Shown: in pieces, positions 10,324 through 19,742 of the stretch
How the letters are laid out: each line of letters begins with the position of its first letter
Numbering within the stretch: the stretch's first letter is position 1
Source of the DNA: Clostridia bacterium
Lineage (GTDB): Bacteria > Bacillota > Clostridia > Christensenellales > CAG-138
Direction: 5' to 3'
DNA: 63,566 nt
Assembly (NCBI GenBank): GCA_017451295.1
Contig: JAFSPW010000049.1
Location: 1 to 63,566, forward strand
Notes under the pieces: generated by a model
Database searches by the model: none
Told to the model about the DNA's origin: nothing
What the model saw: only the letters and a program-made list of their open reading frames with translations
Program-made: the position numbers and the translations under genes

Positions 10324-11350
10324 TATACTTGGCTGCCTGCCGCCGTCGTTCCGTTTCGATGGCGGCATAATGTTTGCGGGTGGTGTTCACATCCTTGTGG
10401 CCCAGCACATCCGCCACCAGATAGATGTCCCCGCTTTCCTGATACAGCATGGTGCCATAGGTGCTGCGGAGCTTATGCGGCGTAATCTTCTTCAGGGGTG
10501 TTGCTACCTGGGCATATTTTTTCACCAGATTCTCCACCGCCCGCACGCCGATGCGCTTGCGCTGCATGGAGAGGAAGAGGGCTTGTTCGTGGCCCGGCAA
10601 GGTCTCCATGGTTTCCCGCTTCTCTAAATACGCAATCAACGCCTGCCGCACTTCCGGCCCAAAGGAAAGTACCTCCTGATTGCCGCCCTTGCGAGTGACC
10701 AAAAAGGCATCGGAAGCAAAGTCCACATCGTCAATGTCGATGCCCACCAGTTCGCTGATACGTATTCCGGTGCCCAAAAACAGGGTTAAAATGGCCACAT
10801 CCCGCAGCTTTGTAGCCTGATGATACAGCTTTTCCCGTTCGCTCAAGCCCTTGCCGCCCTCTGCAATATCCAGCAAATCCGCCACCTCGTTGGCTTCGAG
10901 GCGGATAATGGCCTTTTCATGAAGCTTGGGCGTGTCCACCAGGGCGGCCGGGTTGTTTTCAATGAGCTGCTGCTTGTGATAATACTTAAAAAATGACCGT
11001 ATAGCGGACAATTTTCGTGCTTTTGCCCGTTCGTTGTTTTCCCGTTCCCTTTGATCTGATCCCGTGTACAGGGACACATGCTCCAAAAAGACTTCAATAT
11101 CCATGGCGGTGATGCTGCCAAAGTCGGCAAGGGTCAGATCGGCGGGAGACTTGCCCTGGAAGTTCGGCAGTTCCTCCACGCAGAATCGAAAGAAATTCCG
11201 CAAATCCACCGCATACCCATATCTGGTCAGCACGCTGGTCTGGGGTTCCATGGCGCGAAAATAACTCCCGGCAAACTTCGGAAGCTCCTGCAGCATGGTC
11301 CTAAGCTTCTGGGTGTAATCTTTTTTCTTTTGGAGGGGGTAATCACTCAT
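10217..11350 (-). CDS. Xer-family tyrosine recombinase (clostridial XerC/XerS-like)
   Basis: RDVAILTLFLGTGIRISEL, RKGG, HKLRSTYGT, LGHKDVNTTRKHY give the catalytic R-K-H-R-H-Y set; N-terminal SAM-like domain. Confidence 0.92.
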   Translation of the reverse strand: MSDYPLQKKKDYTQKLRTMLQELPKFAGSYFRAMEPQTSVLTRYGYAVDLRNFFRFCVEELPNFQGKSPADLTLADFGSITAMDIEVFLEHVSLYTGSDQRERENNERAKARKLSAIRSFFKYYHKQQLIENNPAALVDTPKLHEKAIIRLEANEVADLLDIAEGGKGLSEREKLYHQATKLRDVAILTLFLGTGIRISELVGIDIDDVDFASDAFLVTRKGGNQEVLSFGPEVRQALIAYLEKRETMETLPGHEQALFLSMQRKRIGVRAVENLVKKYAQVATPLKKITPHKLRSTYGTMLYQESGDIYLVADVLGHKDVNTTRKHYAAIETERRRQAAKYITLREDTIPNRPDLPSNPPAPDSNPSPAPEVHRPE

Positions 11351-11366
11351 GGTTATATTTTACATC

Positions 11367-11400
11367 AACTATTCGTTAAAGACAAGTTTAACGAATAGTT
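11367..11400. other. Perfect 14-6-14 palindrome, candidate dif/Xer binding site overlapping the recombinase promoter
   Basis: AACTATTCGTTAAA-GACAAG-TTTAACGAATAGTT, 16 bp upstream of the Xer ATG. Confidence 0.6.
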
Positions 11401-11431
11401 ATTAACAGAATCGTAACAAAAAAGGCCGTTT

Positions 11432-11887
11432 TCAGGCCTTTCGTTGGGAAATTATCTGTTGTGTGGCATCTCTGGCCAGTTTGTCGCAGCGGTTGTTAAA
11501 CTCGTTATCCGCATGACCTTTGACCTTGTGAAACCGAACCTGATGAATCTGTAACAGTTCAATCAATTCTTTCCAAAGATCCTGATTCTCCACAGCGTTT
11601 TTATTGGCGGTTCGCCAGCCGTTGCGCTGCCAGTTATCCAGCCAACGCTTTTCTATGGCGTTACACAGATATGCACTGTCCGTGTATAAATCCACGATGC
11701 ACGATTCCTTAAGGCGCTTTAGCGCCTCGATAGCTGCCGTGACCTCCATACGGTTGTTGGTGGTGTTGTCCTGGCCGCCGGAGCATTCCTTCTGCCGGTT
11801 GCCATACATGAGCACACAGCCCCAGCCGCCCGGTCCCGGATTGCCGGAACAGGCGCCGTCCGTATAGATTATCACTTGCTTCATCAT
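11432..11887 (-). CDS. rnhA: Ribonuclease HI
   Basis: IYTDGACSGNPGPGGWG, TTNNRME, YTDSAY, KVKGHA, NNRCDKLA. Confidence 0.96.
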   Translation of the reverse strand: MMKQVIIYTDGACSGNPGPGGWGCVLMYGNRQKECSGGQDNTTNNRMEVTAAIEALKRLKESCIVDLYTDSAYLCNAIEKRWLDNWQRNGWRTANKNAVENQDLWKELIELLQIHQVRFHKVKGHADNEFNNRCDKLARDATQQIISQRKA

Positions 11888-11896
11888 AATTATATA

Positions 11897-12835
11897 TTAT
11901 ATTATTTCCTGTACTATTTTCTCGTATTCCATAATGCAGTCGATTTGAAGATGCTTCAGGGCGGCTGCACACTCCGTTTGGTTCATTATAGCACTTTTTG
12001 TAAGGAATGTCGATATATTGTCCAAAATTGTCCCGGCGTATGCATCCAGCTCCCGGGCTGCACCCTGGCTGTCCTCCTGCTGCAGGAGCTTTCGGGCATC
12101 GGTGATATCCATAAAGAGCTTACTCAAGCGCTCCGCCGCTTCCAGGGCAGATAGTCCTTGCCCATCATATGTAAGGCTAAAATCCGTCAGCAGGCCGGGC
12201 ACATTCCATATGGTCTGCATGGCCTGTTCCACCGCCTGAGCCTCCTGCCTGTCCCCTGTTAAGGTGATGGCAACGCCCTTTGGATGGATGGAATAGGCGG
12301 TGTTTTCATAGCCTCTGTCCTGAATCTGCTTCTGCACCTGCAAAAGGCTGTCCTGGTCAGCATAGGCTGCTGCAAACACCCGCCAAAAGCCCTGCTTGTC
12401 TTCAAAAATATATCCTCCGGCCCCCAGAGCTTGGATATGCTGGGCTTGCAGATGCGCCTGTTCCGGGTCCGCATATGTGCCCATCTGCAGCAGGTACCAG
12501 GAGCTTTCCGGCAGTTCAAAGGCGATGCTTTCCACTGGCACTGGCGTGGAAATAAGTTCCTGGGGCTGGGCAAACACGGCCTGTGCCGTCGGCGTAGCCT
12601 TGCCCAAAAGCTCGGCAAAGGTTGGGGCAATATACTCGTTTACCAGCTTATCTCCCCAATAGGATGTGGTCAGCAGAAAAATACCCACGCCGCAGCAGAT
12701 CAGCACCAGCAGCACTGACCCGCCCCTGTAGGATGTATGGCTTCCCAGAGAGCTTTGCCTTGATTTGTGTGTCTTAGTCACAGAAAAACACCTCCTGCAC
12801 CTTCTTTTGTTCCAGAATATGCAGCAGGTGTTCAA
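11897..12835 (-). CDS. Membrane-anchored SPOR-like domain protein (true start probably downstream of the ORF start)
   Basis: N-terminal TM helix; WYLLQMGTYADPEQA..GAGGYIF..WRVFAAAY resembles SPOR. Confidence 0.6.
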   Translation of the reverse strand: MNTCCIFWNKRRCRRCFSVTKTHKSRQSSLGSHTSYRGGSVLLVLICCGVGIFLLTTSYWGDKLVNEYIAPTFAELLGKATPTAQAVFAQPQELISTPVPVESIAFELPESSWYLLQMGTYADPEQAHLQAQHIQALGAGGYIFEDKQGFWRVFAAAYADQDSLLQVQKQIQDRGYENTAYSIHPKGVAITLTGDRQEAQAVEQAMQTIWNVPGLLTDFSLTYDGQGLSALEAAERLSKLFMDITDARKLLQQEDSQGAARELDAYAGTILDNISTFLTKSAIMNQTECAAALKHLQIDCIMEYEKIVQEII

Positions 12836-12861
12836 TGAGAACTGTTTCGTTGTGCGGGGGA

Positions 12862-14799
12862 CTATTTCCCCTCTTTTCGCTTGCCGCCCCTGCGGCCAAA
12901 GCCCGCTTTCTCCGGCTTCTTCTGCTCCTCTATCACCTCAAAAGGCGCATCCACCGGCTCCTTCCCCTGTGAAACGGGGCCACCGGTTTGCTCGTCCACC
13001 GGGTCGTAGATGTAGGGTTCCTGGTCCACCGGGCCAAGGGCGATGGCATTGGACACATACTTTTTGATGGTGAAGGTGAAATTGGTCCACTCCCCCACCT
13101 GGCTGTCCACGCTGATGCTCTCCCCCAGCTTGTCCATAATCTGTTTGGCAATGGACAGACCCAAGCCCGTGCCGCCTTCCTTGCGGGATTTGTCGGTCTT
13201 GAAGAAGCGCTCAAAGACATGGACCATATCCTCCGGCGATATGCCGCAGCCGGAATCCCACACGGACACGTGGACATCCATACTGTCCTGCCGGGCAATC
13301 ATACGCACGGTGCCTCCTTCCCCGGCATAGCGCATGGCGTTGTCCAAAAGGATGATGAGTACCTGCTCGATTCTGTCCGGATCGGAGATTACCTCCGGCA
13401 GCTCCGGATCCATATCCAGTTCCAGGTGGATGCCCTTTTGCTGGGCGTTCTGGCGGTAGCTTTGATACACGTCGTCCATGAGCTCCGCCACGCTGAATAC
13501 GGTCTTTTCCATGTATTCCGTTCCGGACTGGAGCCGGGAAAGCTGCAGCATATCCGTAATCAGCCGGCTCATCCGTTCCACCTCATGGAGCATGATGCCG
13601 TAGTACCGCTGCTTCACGGTCTCGTCCTTTATCATGCCGTCAGAAAGGGGTTCCAGCAAGCCACGAATGGCCGTAAGGGGTGTACGCAGCTCGTGGGAGA
13701 TGTTGGCTACATAATCCCGGCGCAGCTTTTCCAGGTTCTCTATCTCCGTTACATCCTTGAAAAGGCCCACCACGCCGGTGCAGTTGCCATCCTCCCCCAT
13801 GACCGGCACGATGGAAATCCATAAAAACTTGTCCCCCGGCAGGGAATACTGCAAGGTGTTGGGTTCCTTCGTTTCCAGCACCCGGCGAAAGGCCTCCCAA
13901 ATCTGGGTGTCCGGCACCAGGTCATGGGGTGTCTTCACCTCCACCGCCCCGAACATCTTCATCAGTGCCGGGTTGTAGTGGGTTAGATTCCCCGTATTAT
14001 CCAACGCTGCCACGCCGTCGGTGAAGCTGGAAAGAATGTACCACAGCTGTCGCTTCTCGCTGTCCAGCTGATAGATGGTCTGGGCAATGGTGTCGCTCAT
14101 GCGGTTCATGGCCCTTGCAAAGAGGCCAAACTCCCCGTGGGCGCTCTCGTCCGCCCGGACGTTATAGTTTCCCCGGGTAAGCTCGATAGCCACCTTGGTC
14201 ATCTCCCCAATGGGCTTATTCACCTCCCGCACCCCGGCCAGGGCCACCACAAGCAGCACCGGCACAATGCACAGCGCTAAGATACGCAGGGCGGAGTTCA
14301 GCTTGGAGAAGGCGGCATCGATGTGCTGAATCTCTCGCAGGAAGATGAGCCCGCCTTCGATTTCCCCGTCAATGCCTCTAAGGGGCTGGCCCACGGCGAT
14401 AGCGTTGCTGTCCTTGGTCAGATGCAGGTCGTTTTTCTTGACGCTCTGCCCCTCTAAGATATCAAACTGGACGCTTTGTATGTAAGCGTTGTTGTATTCC
14501 TGGATGTTGGTTACCGCTTCGATGCCGTTTTGGGTATAGTAAAAATAGTAGTACCGCACGTCTGCCGTACTGCTGACAAAGCCCAAGGAGCGGGCAAAGG
14601 ACGCCCTGCTGGAAAAGATATCGTCACGGGCTTCATAGATGTCCATGGCGGAGCTCATAACCGAGTCCAGGGAATCGAGCTCCAGCTGAATATAGGTCTT
14701 GCGGCCATAAAAGGAGTATGCGCCCAAAATGGCGATTTCAGCCAGCAGCAGCACGAAGATGAACAGCGCCAGCGTTTTGCGAAACAGCAACCCTTTCAT
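12862..14799 (-). CDS. Sensor histidine kinase (HAMP-PAS-HisKA-HATPase, ResE/PhoR-like)
   Basis: ANISHELRTPLT H-box, ILLDNAMRY N-box, DSGCGI, GGTGLGLSIAK, two TM helices. Confidence 0.93.
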   Translation of the reverse strand: MKGLLFRKTLALFIFVLLLAEIAILGAYSFYGRKTYIQLELDSLDSVMSSAMDIYEARDDIFSSRASFARSLGFVSSTADVRYYYFYYTQNGIEAVTNIQEYNNAYIQSVQFDILEGQSVKKNDLHLTKDSNAIAVGQPLRGIDGEIEGGLIFLREIQHIDAAFSKLNSALRILALCIVPVLLVVALAGVREVNKPIGEMTKVAIELTRGNYNVRADESAHGEFGLFARAMNRMSDTIAQTIYQLDSEKRQLWYILSSFTDGVAALDNTGNLTHYNPALMKMFGAVEVKTPHDLVPDTQIWEAFRRVLETKEPNTLQYSLPGDKFLWISIVPVMGEDGNCTGVVGLFKDVTEIENLEKLRRDYVANISHELRTPLTAIRGLLEPLSDGMIKDETVKQRYYGIMLHEVERMSRLITDMLQLSRLQSGTEYMEKTVFSVAELMDDVYQSYRQNAQQKGIHLELDMDPELPEVISDPDRIEQVLIILLDNAMRYAGEGGTVRMIARQDSMDVHVSVWDSGCGISPEDMVHVFERFFKTDKSRKEGGTGLGLSIAKQIMDKLGESISVDSQVGEWTNFTFTIKKYVSNAIALGPVDQEPYIYDPVDEQTGGPVSQGKEPVDAPFEVIEEQKKPEKAGFGRRGGKRKEGK

Positions 14800-14805
14800 C
14801 TTGGC

Positions 14806-15495
14806 TTATTCCAGTTCGAACTTGTACCCTACCCCATAGATGGTTTTGATGCTCCAGCCGAGGCCCGTGGAGTCCAGCTTCGCCCGCAGGCGCTTGATAT
14901 GGGTATCCACCGTCCGGGTCTCCCCGGCAAAGTCATAGCCCCAAACCTTGGAAAGCAGGGTGTCCCGTGTGAACACATGGCCGGGATTGGAAGCCAGCAA
15001 GAACAGGATTTCAATCTCCTTGGGCGTGCAGATGACCGGCTCTCCCCGAAGCATGACCGTATAGCTGTTTAGGTCAATCATCAGGCCGTTTTGCTGGATG
15101 ACATTCTTGCCGGAGTCCTCCGCCCCGGGATGGTTCTCCGTCCGGCGCAGAATGGCCTTAATCCTGGCCACCACCTCACGAGGGCTGAAGGGCTTTACGA
15201 TATAGTCGTCTGCCCCCAGCTCGAGGCCCACAATCTTGTCCACCTCCTCGCCCTTGGCGGTGAGCATGACGATGGGCACCTGGCTCACCTTGCGAATCTC
15301 CCGGCATACGTCGATGCCGGACTTGCCGGGCATCATAATGTCCAGCACGCAAAGGTTCACCGTGCTGTCGGCGGCAGCCACGGCAGAGATGCCGTCGTAG
15401 CAGTCCACAGTTTTGAAGCCTTCCGCTTCCAGATATATTTTTAAAGACTCATGGACGATGGGATCGTCATCAGCGATAAGAATTTTCGTTTCCAT
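14806..15495 (-). CDS. OmpR/PhoB-family response regulator
   Basis: ILIADDD, LDIMMP, GADDYIVKPF, RTVDTHIKRLRAK, TIYGVGYKF. Confidence 0.95.
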   Translation of the reverse strand: METKILIADDDPIVHESLKIYLEAEGFKTVDCYDGISAVAAADSTVNLCVLDIMMPGKSGIDVCREIRKVSQVPIVMLTAKGEEVDKIVGLELGADDYIVKPFSPREVVARIKAILRRTENHPGAEDSGKNVIQQNGLMIDLNSYTVMLRGEPVICTPKEIEILFLLASNPGHVFTRDTLLSKVWGYDFAGETRTVDTHIKRLRAKLDSTGLGWSIKTIYGVGYKFELE

Positions 15496-15600
15496 GGTGT
15501 TGCCTCCCTGTACTATTTGTCCTTGAATTATAGCAGAAAAGGGAAAAAGAGGAAAGAACAGATACGCTTTTTCTGCAATCCGTTTGCAGCAGTGTCACAA

Positions 15601-18288
15601 TTATTCCCCCGTATCGCCCTTTTGTGCATCAGAAAGTGCCTCCCGCAAGGCGGCGGTGGCCTGTTCGAGGTCCGCAGCCGCAGCCGCCTCTCTGGCTCGT
15701 TCCAAAGCCTGGTTCAAGGCATCCATCGTATCCTGAGACAGGGTATCCCCCTGGCTGTTGATAAACGTTTCCGCCTGCTGCACCAGCGCATCCCTTGCCT
15801 CCCTGGCCGCCTTTATGGCATCGTTCACATTGCACACCGGCAGGCTGTTGATATAGGCCTCGGGCGCCTTGTCCGTGCGTACAAAGGTATCCGCAAATAT
15901 CTTTTGAAGCACCTGGTCCGAAAGGTCAAAGAAGGGTGAATCCGGGCGAATGAGCACATAGGTCATCTGCTTTACGGTGCTGGGGTCGCAGGTGGCGGCG
16001 GCCCGACAGTTGCTGTCGGTGCAGATGTTGACGGTCACATGCATATCGCAGTATTCCGAAGGAACGGAGTCATAGTCGAACCAATCCGTAACCGGCGCAA
16101 ACTTTTTTCCGTTATCCTTATATTCGATACAGGCAGCCCCGGCCAGCTTCCCGGATATGGGGCAAACCGTGCGCTCCACCATGCCCAACATGGCAGGGGT
16201 TTCGTTGATGATGGGCCGGTTCTCATGGCCTTCCATGGCCTTTTCCATGAAAGCCTTCCACAAGGCAGCCGCATAGTCGCCGCCGGTGGACCCGGTTTTT
16301 AGCTTGTTGCTGGGCAAATCGTGGCCGATATACACCACCGCCGTGTAGTCGCAGGTCATGCCTGCAAAATAGACGCTGGAGTACTTGGAGTTGGTGCCTG
16401 TCTTCCCTGCCACCGTGAAGCCGGAGAGCTTAGCTTGCTTGCCCGTGCCGCTGTTCACCGCCTCGGTGAGAATGTCCACCAGCTGATAGGCGGTGCTGGC
16501 CTGTTCAAACACCTTCCGGGAGCCGGAGCGCAGCAGGTCTGCATCCAGCACCACCCGGCCGTTTTCGTCCTCCACCCGGGTAAAGGAGATAGGCGCCCAG
16601 TAATACCCATTGTTGGCGATGGCCGCATAGGCGGCGCACATCTGAATGGGGGTGATGCCGGAGGTGCCCAGGGCAAGGCCCGGACCGTCCAGGTTCAGTT
16701 GAGAGGAAGGAATCCCCAAACGCTCCATATATTGGGCAGCGGTATACACCCCCACATGCTCCATGAGCACCCGGGCCGCCACCACATTGAGGCTTTGTGC
16801 CAGCCCCGTCCGCACTGTGGTAAAGCCATAGGTACGGCTGGAAGTCAGCCCGCCGCCGGGATAGCCTTTCTCTGTGCCCCAGCCGGCGATGGTGCCTTCC
16901 GCATTGATGACTACGGAAGCCGGTGAAAGGCCCTTGTCCAGCGCCGGACCATACACGGCCAGGGGCTTGATGCTGGACCCCACCTCCGTAAAGCTGGTGG
17001 CGCGGTTGAGACCCTTACGAATCAGAGGCTCATCCCTGCCGCCCACAATCGCCCGCAGAAAGCCGGTGGATTGGTCAATAATCACCGCTGCTGCCTGGGG
17101 CTCCACGGTCTGTATGGTAACGGTTTCGGAGATTTCCTCCGTCATGGTGGCGGCGTTGGCATCCGCCAGTTCCGGGTAACCGGTAAAGGTGGAGAGGGTT
17201 TGCTGCACCATGTTCTGCAGCTGCGGATCCACGGTGGTATAGATTTTATACCCGCCGGTCCGCAGCTTGTTTTCATAATAGGTTCGGTTCGCCGCCGTAT
17301 CCGCCACGCCGTCCATGGCCATCCAATGGGTGATAACGTCGGAAATGGCGTACTCCACGAAGTAGGCCATGTCGTACATCCGGGCGTTTTCGCTTTCGGG
17401 GAGAATGGAGTCCTGCTCCTCCATGGCAGTTAGATATTGGTCCCTGGTGATATACCCGTTCTGATACATGCGGCCCAGCACCGTGTCCGTCCGGTTCTTG
17501 GTGCGCTCATAGGCGTTCTCGGCCCGGTAATACATGTTCTGCCGGGGGTTATAGAAATAGGGGCTCTGGGTCAGTCCTGCCAGCAGCGCGCACTCCCGAA
17601 TGCTCAGCTCCGAAAGCTCCTTGCCAAAATAGTCCTTGCTGGCGGCCTTCACCCCGTAGTTGGAGCCACCCAGGTAGATGTCGTTCAAGTAGGCCTCTAA
17701 AATCTGGTCCTTGCCGATAACCTTCTCCAGCTGGATAGCCAAATACGCCTCCTGGACCTTCCGCTTGTAGGTGCGCTGGGAGCCCAGAATCTTATTCTTA
17801 ATCAGCTGTTGGGTGATGGTGCTGCCGCCGGAGGAATTGCTGTTGCCCAAAATCTCCAGGACGGCAGAGAACAGCCGCTTAAAGTCCACCCCCTGGTGCT
17901 TATAAAAGCGCACGTCCTCAATGGAAACGAAAGCATTCTTGAGCATATCGGGAATCTCGTTAAAATCTGCCCAATCCCGATACTCCATGGAGGATAGGCT
18001 GGTAATCTCCACCCCATCCTTATCGTATAGATAGCTGGTCCTATCGCTCTTAGTCAGGGCCGAGACCTCCATCACCGGCGTGGAATCCACATAGGCCTTC
18101 CCCACCCCATACACAAGGCCCAGGCCGCCAAAGCCCATGACGAGTATAGCAAACAACAGCAGCTTTAGCCCCATGAACAACACATCCAAGGCAAAGGGGC
18201 GCTGCTTCTTCTGTCCGCTGACAAAGGGGGATTGGCCCTGCTTGAAAAAGATTCTATTCTCCATTTGATTTCGTTGTTCTTTTTTCAT
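15601..18288 (-). CDS. Class A penicillin-binding protein (transglycosylase/transpeptidase)
   Basis: EDVRFYKHQGVD, GGSTITQQLIKN, RKVQE; transpeptidase SSIK, SLN and KTGT motifs. Confidence 0.93.
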   Translation of the reverse strand: MKKEQRNQMENRIFFKQGQSPFVSGQKKQRPFALDVLFMGLKLLLFAILVMGFGGLGLVYGVGKAYVDSTPVMEVSALTKSDRTSYLYDKDGVEITSLSSMEYRDWADFNEIPDMLKNAFVSIEDVRFYKHQGVDFKRLFSAVLEILGNSNSSGGSTITQQLIKNKILGSQRTYKRKVQEAYLAIQLEKVIGKDQILEAYLNDIYLGGSNYGVKAASKDYFGKELSELSIRECALLAGLTQSPYFYNPRQNMYYRAENAYERTKNRTDTVLGRMYQNGYITRDQYLTAMEEQDSILPESENARMYDMAYFVEYAISDVITHWMAMDGVADTAANRTYYENKLRTGGYKIYTTVDPQLQNMVQQTLSTFTGYPELADANAATMTEEISETVTIQTVEPQAAAVIIDQSTGFLRAIVGGRDEPLIRKGLNRATSFTEVGSSIKPLAVYGPALDKGLSPASVVINAEGTIAGWGTEKGYPGGGLTSSRTYGFTTVRTGLAQSLNVVAARVLMEHVGVYTAAQYMERLGIPSSQLNLDGPGLALGTSGITPIQMCAAYAAIANNGYYWAPISFTRVEDENGRVVLDADLLRSGSRKVFEQASTAYQLVDILTEAVNSGTGKQAKLSGFTVAGKTGTNSKYSSVYFAGMTCDYTAVVYIGHDLPSNKLKTGSTGGDYAAALWKAFMEKAMEGHENRPIINETPAMLGMVERTVCPISGKLAGAACIEYKDNGKKFAPVTDWFDYDSVPSEYCDMHVTVNICTDSNCRAAATCDPSTVKQMTYVLIRPDSPFFDLSDQVLQKIFADTFVRTDKAPEAYINSLPVCNVNDAIKAAREARDALVQQAETFINSQGDTLSQDTMDALNQALERAREAAAAADLEQATAALREALSDAQKGDTGE

Positions 18289-18375
18289 GGGACGATTATA
18301 CCATACCGTCCGAATTAAGCAAACAGGAATCCGCTTTGTTCAAAAATCTCTCACAAAAAAATTTTCAAAAACCCC

Positions 18376-18404
18376 TTTACAAATCCGAACAATGCGGTTA
18401 TAAT
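18376..18404 (+). promoter_or_regulatory. Promoter of tRNA-Ala
   Basis: TTTACA-17 nt-TATAAT, 14 bp upstream of the tRNA. Confidence 0.75.
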
Positions 18405-18418
18405 ACTCACCGTTGCGA

Positions 18419-18494
18419 GGGGCATTAGCGCAGTTGGTAGCGCGCCACAATGGCATTGTGGAGGCCAAGGGTTCGACTCCCTTATGCTCCACCA
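18419..18494 (+). tRNA. tRNA-Ala(GGC)
   Basis: GGGGCATTAGCGCAGTTGGTAGCGCGCCACAATGGCATTGTGGAGGCCAAGGGTTCGACTCCCTTATGCTCCACCA; G3-U70 pair and encoded CCA. Confidence 0.96.
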
Positions 18495-18527
18495 GAAAAA
18501 AGCACTGCAAGAGCAGTGCTTTTTTTC
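18495..18527 (+). terminator. Intrinsic terminator after tRNA-Ala
   Basis: GAAAAAAGCACTGC-AAGA-GCAGTGCTTTTTTTC. Confidence 0.8.
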
Positions 18528-18750
18528 AACGAAATCCGTCCTTGCGGACGGGTGAAATCCGCTGCGCGGGTGAAATCGCCTGCGGCGGTGAAATCTGGAG
18601 GACGGATTTCATTTCATCGCGAGCGCAGCGAACGATTTCATCAAAGGTCTCAGCCTTTGATTTCACCTTTTGCCGCAAGGCAAAAGATTTCACTTTGTCC
18701 CGAGGGTTCGAATCCATCTATCAAAACGAAAAATCCATCTTTTTCATACC
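18528..18750 (+). repeat. Structured tRNA-3'-linked element, copy A (core GGTGAAATC)
   Basis: AACGAAATC/GGTGAAATC at 18528, 18551, 18569, 18587; inverted GATTTCAYY at 18605/18610, 18634, 18659, 18686; hairpins between the motifs; near-identical inverted copy at 25924-26157. Confidence 0.9.
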
Positions 18751-18766
18751 ACACAGGTATAAAAAA

Positions 18767-18871
18767 GGGAGAGTCGAACTGGGTGAGGGAGTGAATGAGG
18801 CCCCAGCGGGGCCTAAGGGCCGAACCCTGACCGAGCCCGCAGGCAAGAGGAGACTCTCCCCACCTCCACCA
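18767..18871 (+). repeat. tmRNA-3'-end-derived fold-back element (att-like remnant)
   Basis: GGGAGAGTCGAACT (18767-18780) is identical to 26199-26212. GACTCTCCCCACCTCCACCA (18852-18871) is the last 20 nt of tmRNA in the opposite orientation. A terminator-like hairpin follows. Confidence 0.85.
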
Positions 18872-19091
18872 CAAGTTCCTTACTCAAACCCCTGTCTAAA
18901 AGGCAGTGATTCGGGTAAGGAATTTTTTATTGCTATCTGCAATAGTGTCGATTCCCATAATCCAATAAAAAACCGCTTTGCGCGGGGAGACCATACGCGA
19001 TTTGCAAACCGAAGGGTCTGTCGATCGGTCATTGATTTAAAACGTCCTACCCCTTATAATAACGTTATATATGACAATGGAGGAATGACGA

Positions 19092-19742
19092 GTGAAAGAT
19101 GGTATCATACCGAATCCCAATACGGTACATCCCATTCCGGGCTATGACAAAGAAATCTATGTGAAGCCGACAATTAAGAATTCCAATATCATCGTTGGAG
19201 ATTTTACTTATATCGCTGATTCAGAATTTGAAAGCCACGTTACCCATCATTATGAATGGAACGGCGACAAGTTGATTATTGGCAAGTTCTGTCAGATTGC
19301 TGCTGGCGTCGAGTTTGTAATGAACGGCGCAAACCACCAGATGAATGCCGTATCAACCTTCCCGTTCTATACGCTGGAAGGCTGGGATATGAAACCGCCG
19401 GCAGCTTCCGACATGCCGCTCAAAGGTGATACTATCATCGGCAACGATGTGTGGATCGGGCAGAATGCCGTCATTTTGCCCGGTGTTCATATTGGCGACG
19501 GCGCGATTATCGGCGCAAACAGCATTGTTGGAAGCGACGTATCACCATATACGATCGTTGCAGGAAATCCCGCCACAGAAATTCGTAAACGCTTTGATGA
19601 TGAGTTGATTCAGCTTATGCTGGATTTCAAGTGGTGGGATAAAAGTGTTGGGGAAATCAATCAACTGATTCCGCTGCTCACTTGCGGCAACCTTGAAAAA
19701 GTGAAGGCCGGGATTTCAGAGCGATTACATGAAAAAGTTTGA
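19092..19742 (+). CDS. Vat/CatB-family xenobiotic O-acetyltransferase (streptogramin A acetyltransferase-like)
   Basis: PNPNTVHP..NIIVGDFTY..KLIIGKFCQIA..MNGANHQM..STFPF..KGDTIIGNDVWIG hexapeptide repeats, WWD motif; GGAGG RBS before a GTG start. Confidence 0.9.
   Translation: MKDGIIPNPNTVHPIPGYDKEIYVKPTIKNSNIIVGDFTYIADSEFESHVTHHYEWNGDKLIIGKFCQIAAGVEFVMNGANHQMNAVSTFPFYTLEGWDMKPPAASDMPLKGDTIIGNDVWIGQNAVILPGVHIGDGAIIGANSIVGSDVSPYTIVAGNPATEIRKRFDDELIQLMLDFKWWDKSVGEINQLIPLLTCGNLEKVKAGISERLHEKV

Noticed and set aside
10217-11350. Xer-like recombinase as the integrase of the tRNA-Ala/tmRNA island
   Set aside because: It lies 7 kb away among housekeeping genes with its own dif-like site and resembles chromosomal Xer. 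A trans role cannot be excluded but has no support here.
18528-18694. CRISPR array interpretation of the GGTGAAATC repeats (also copies B, C and D)
   Set aside because: Repeats are only 8-9 nt, the spacers are short self-complementary hairpins, orientation flips mid-array, and there are no cas genes.
18413-19147. 244-aa ORF and similar RVKS-repeat ORFs (18450..18794, 25813..26133, 25955..26227, 42601..42972, 22386..22661)
   Set aside because: They run through tRNA/tmRNA genes, terminators and the palindromic elements and lack RBSs; best explained as translation shadows of the repeats.
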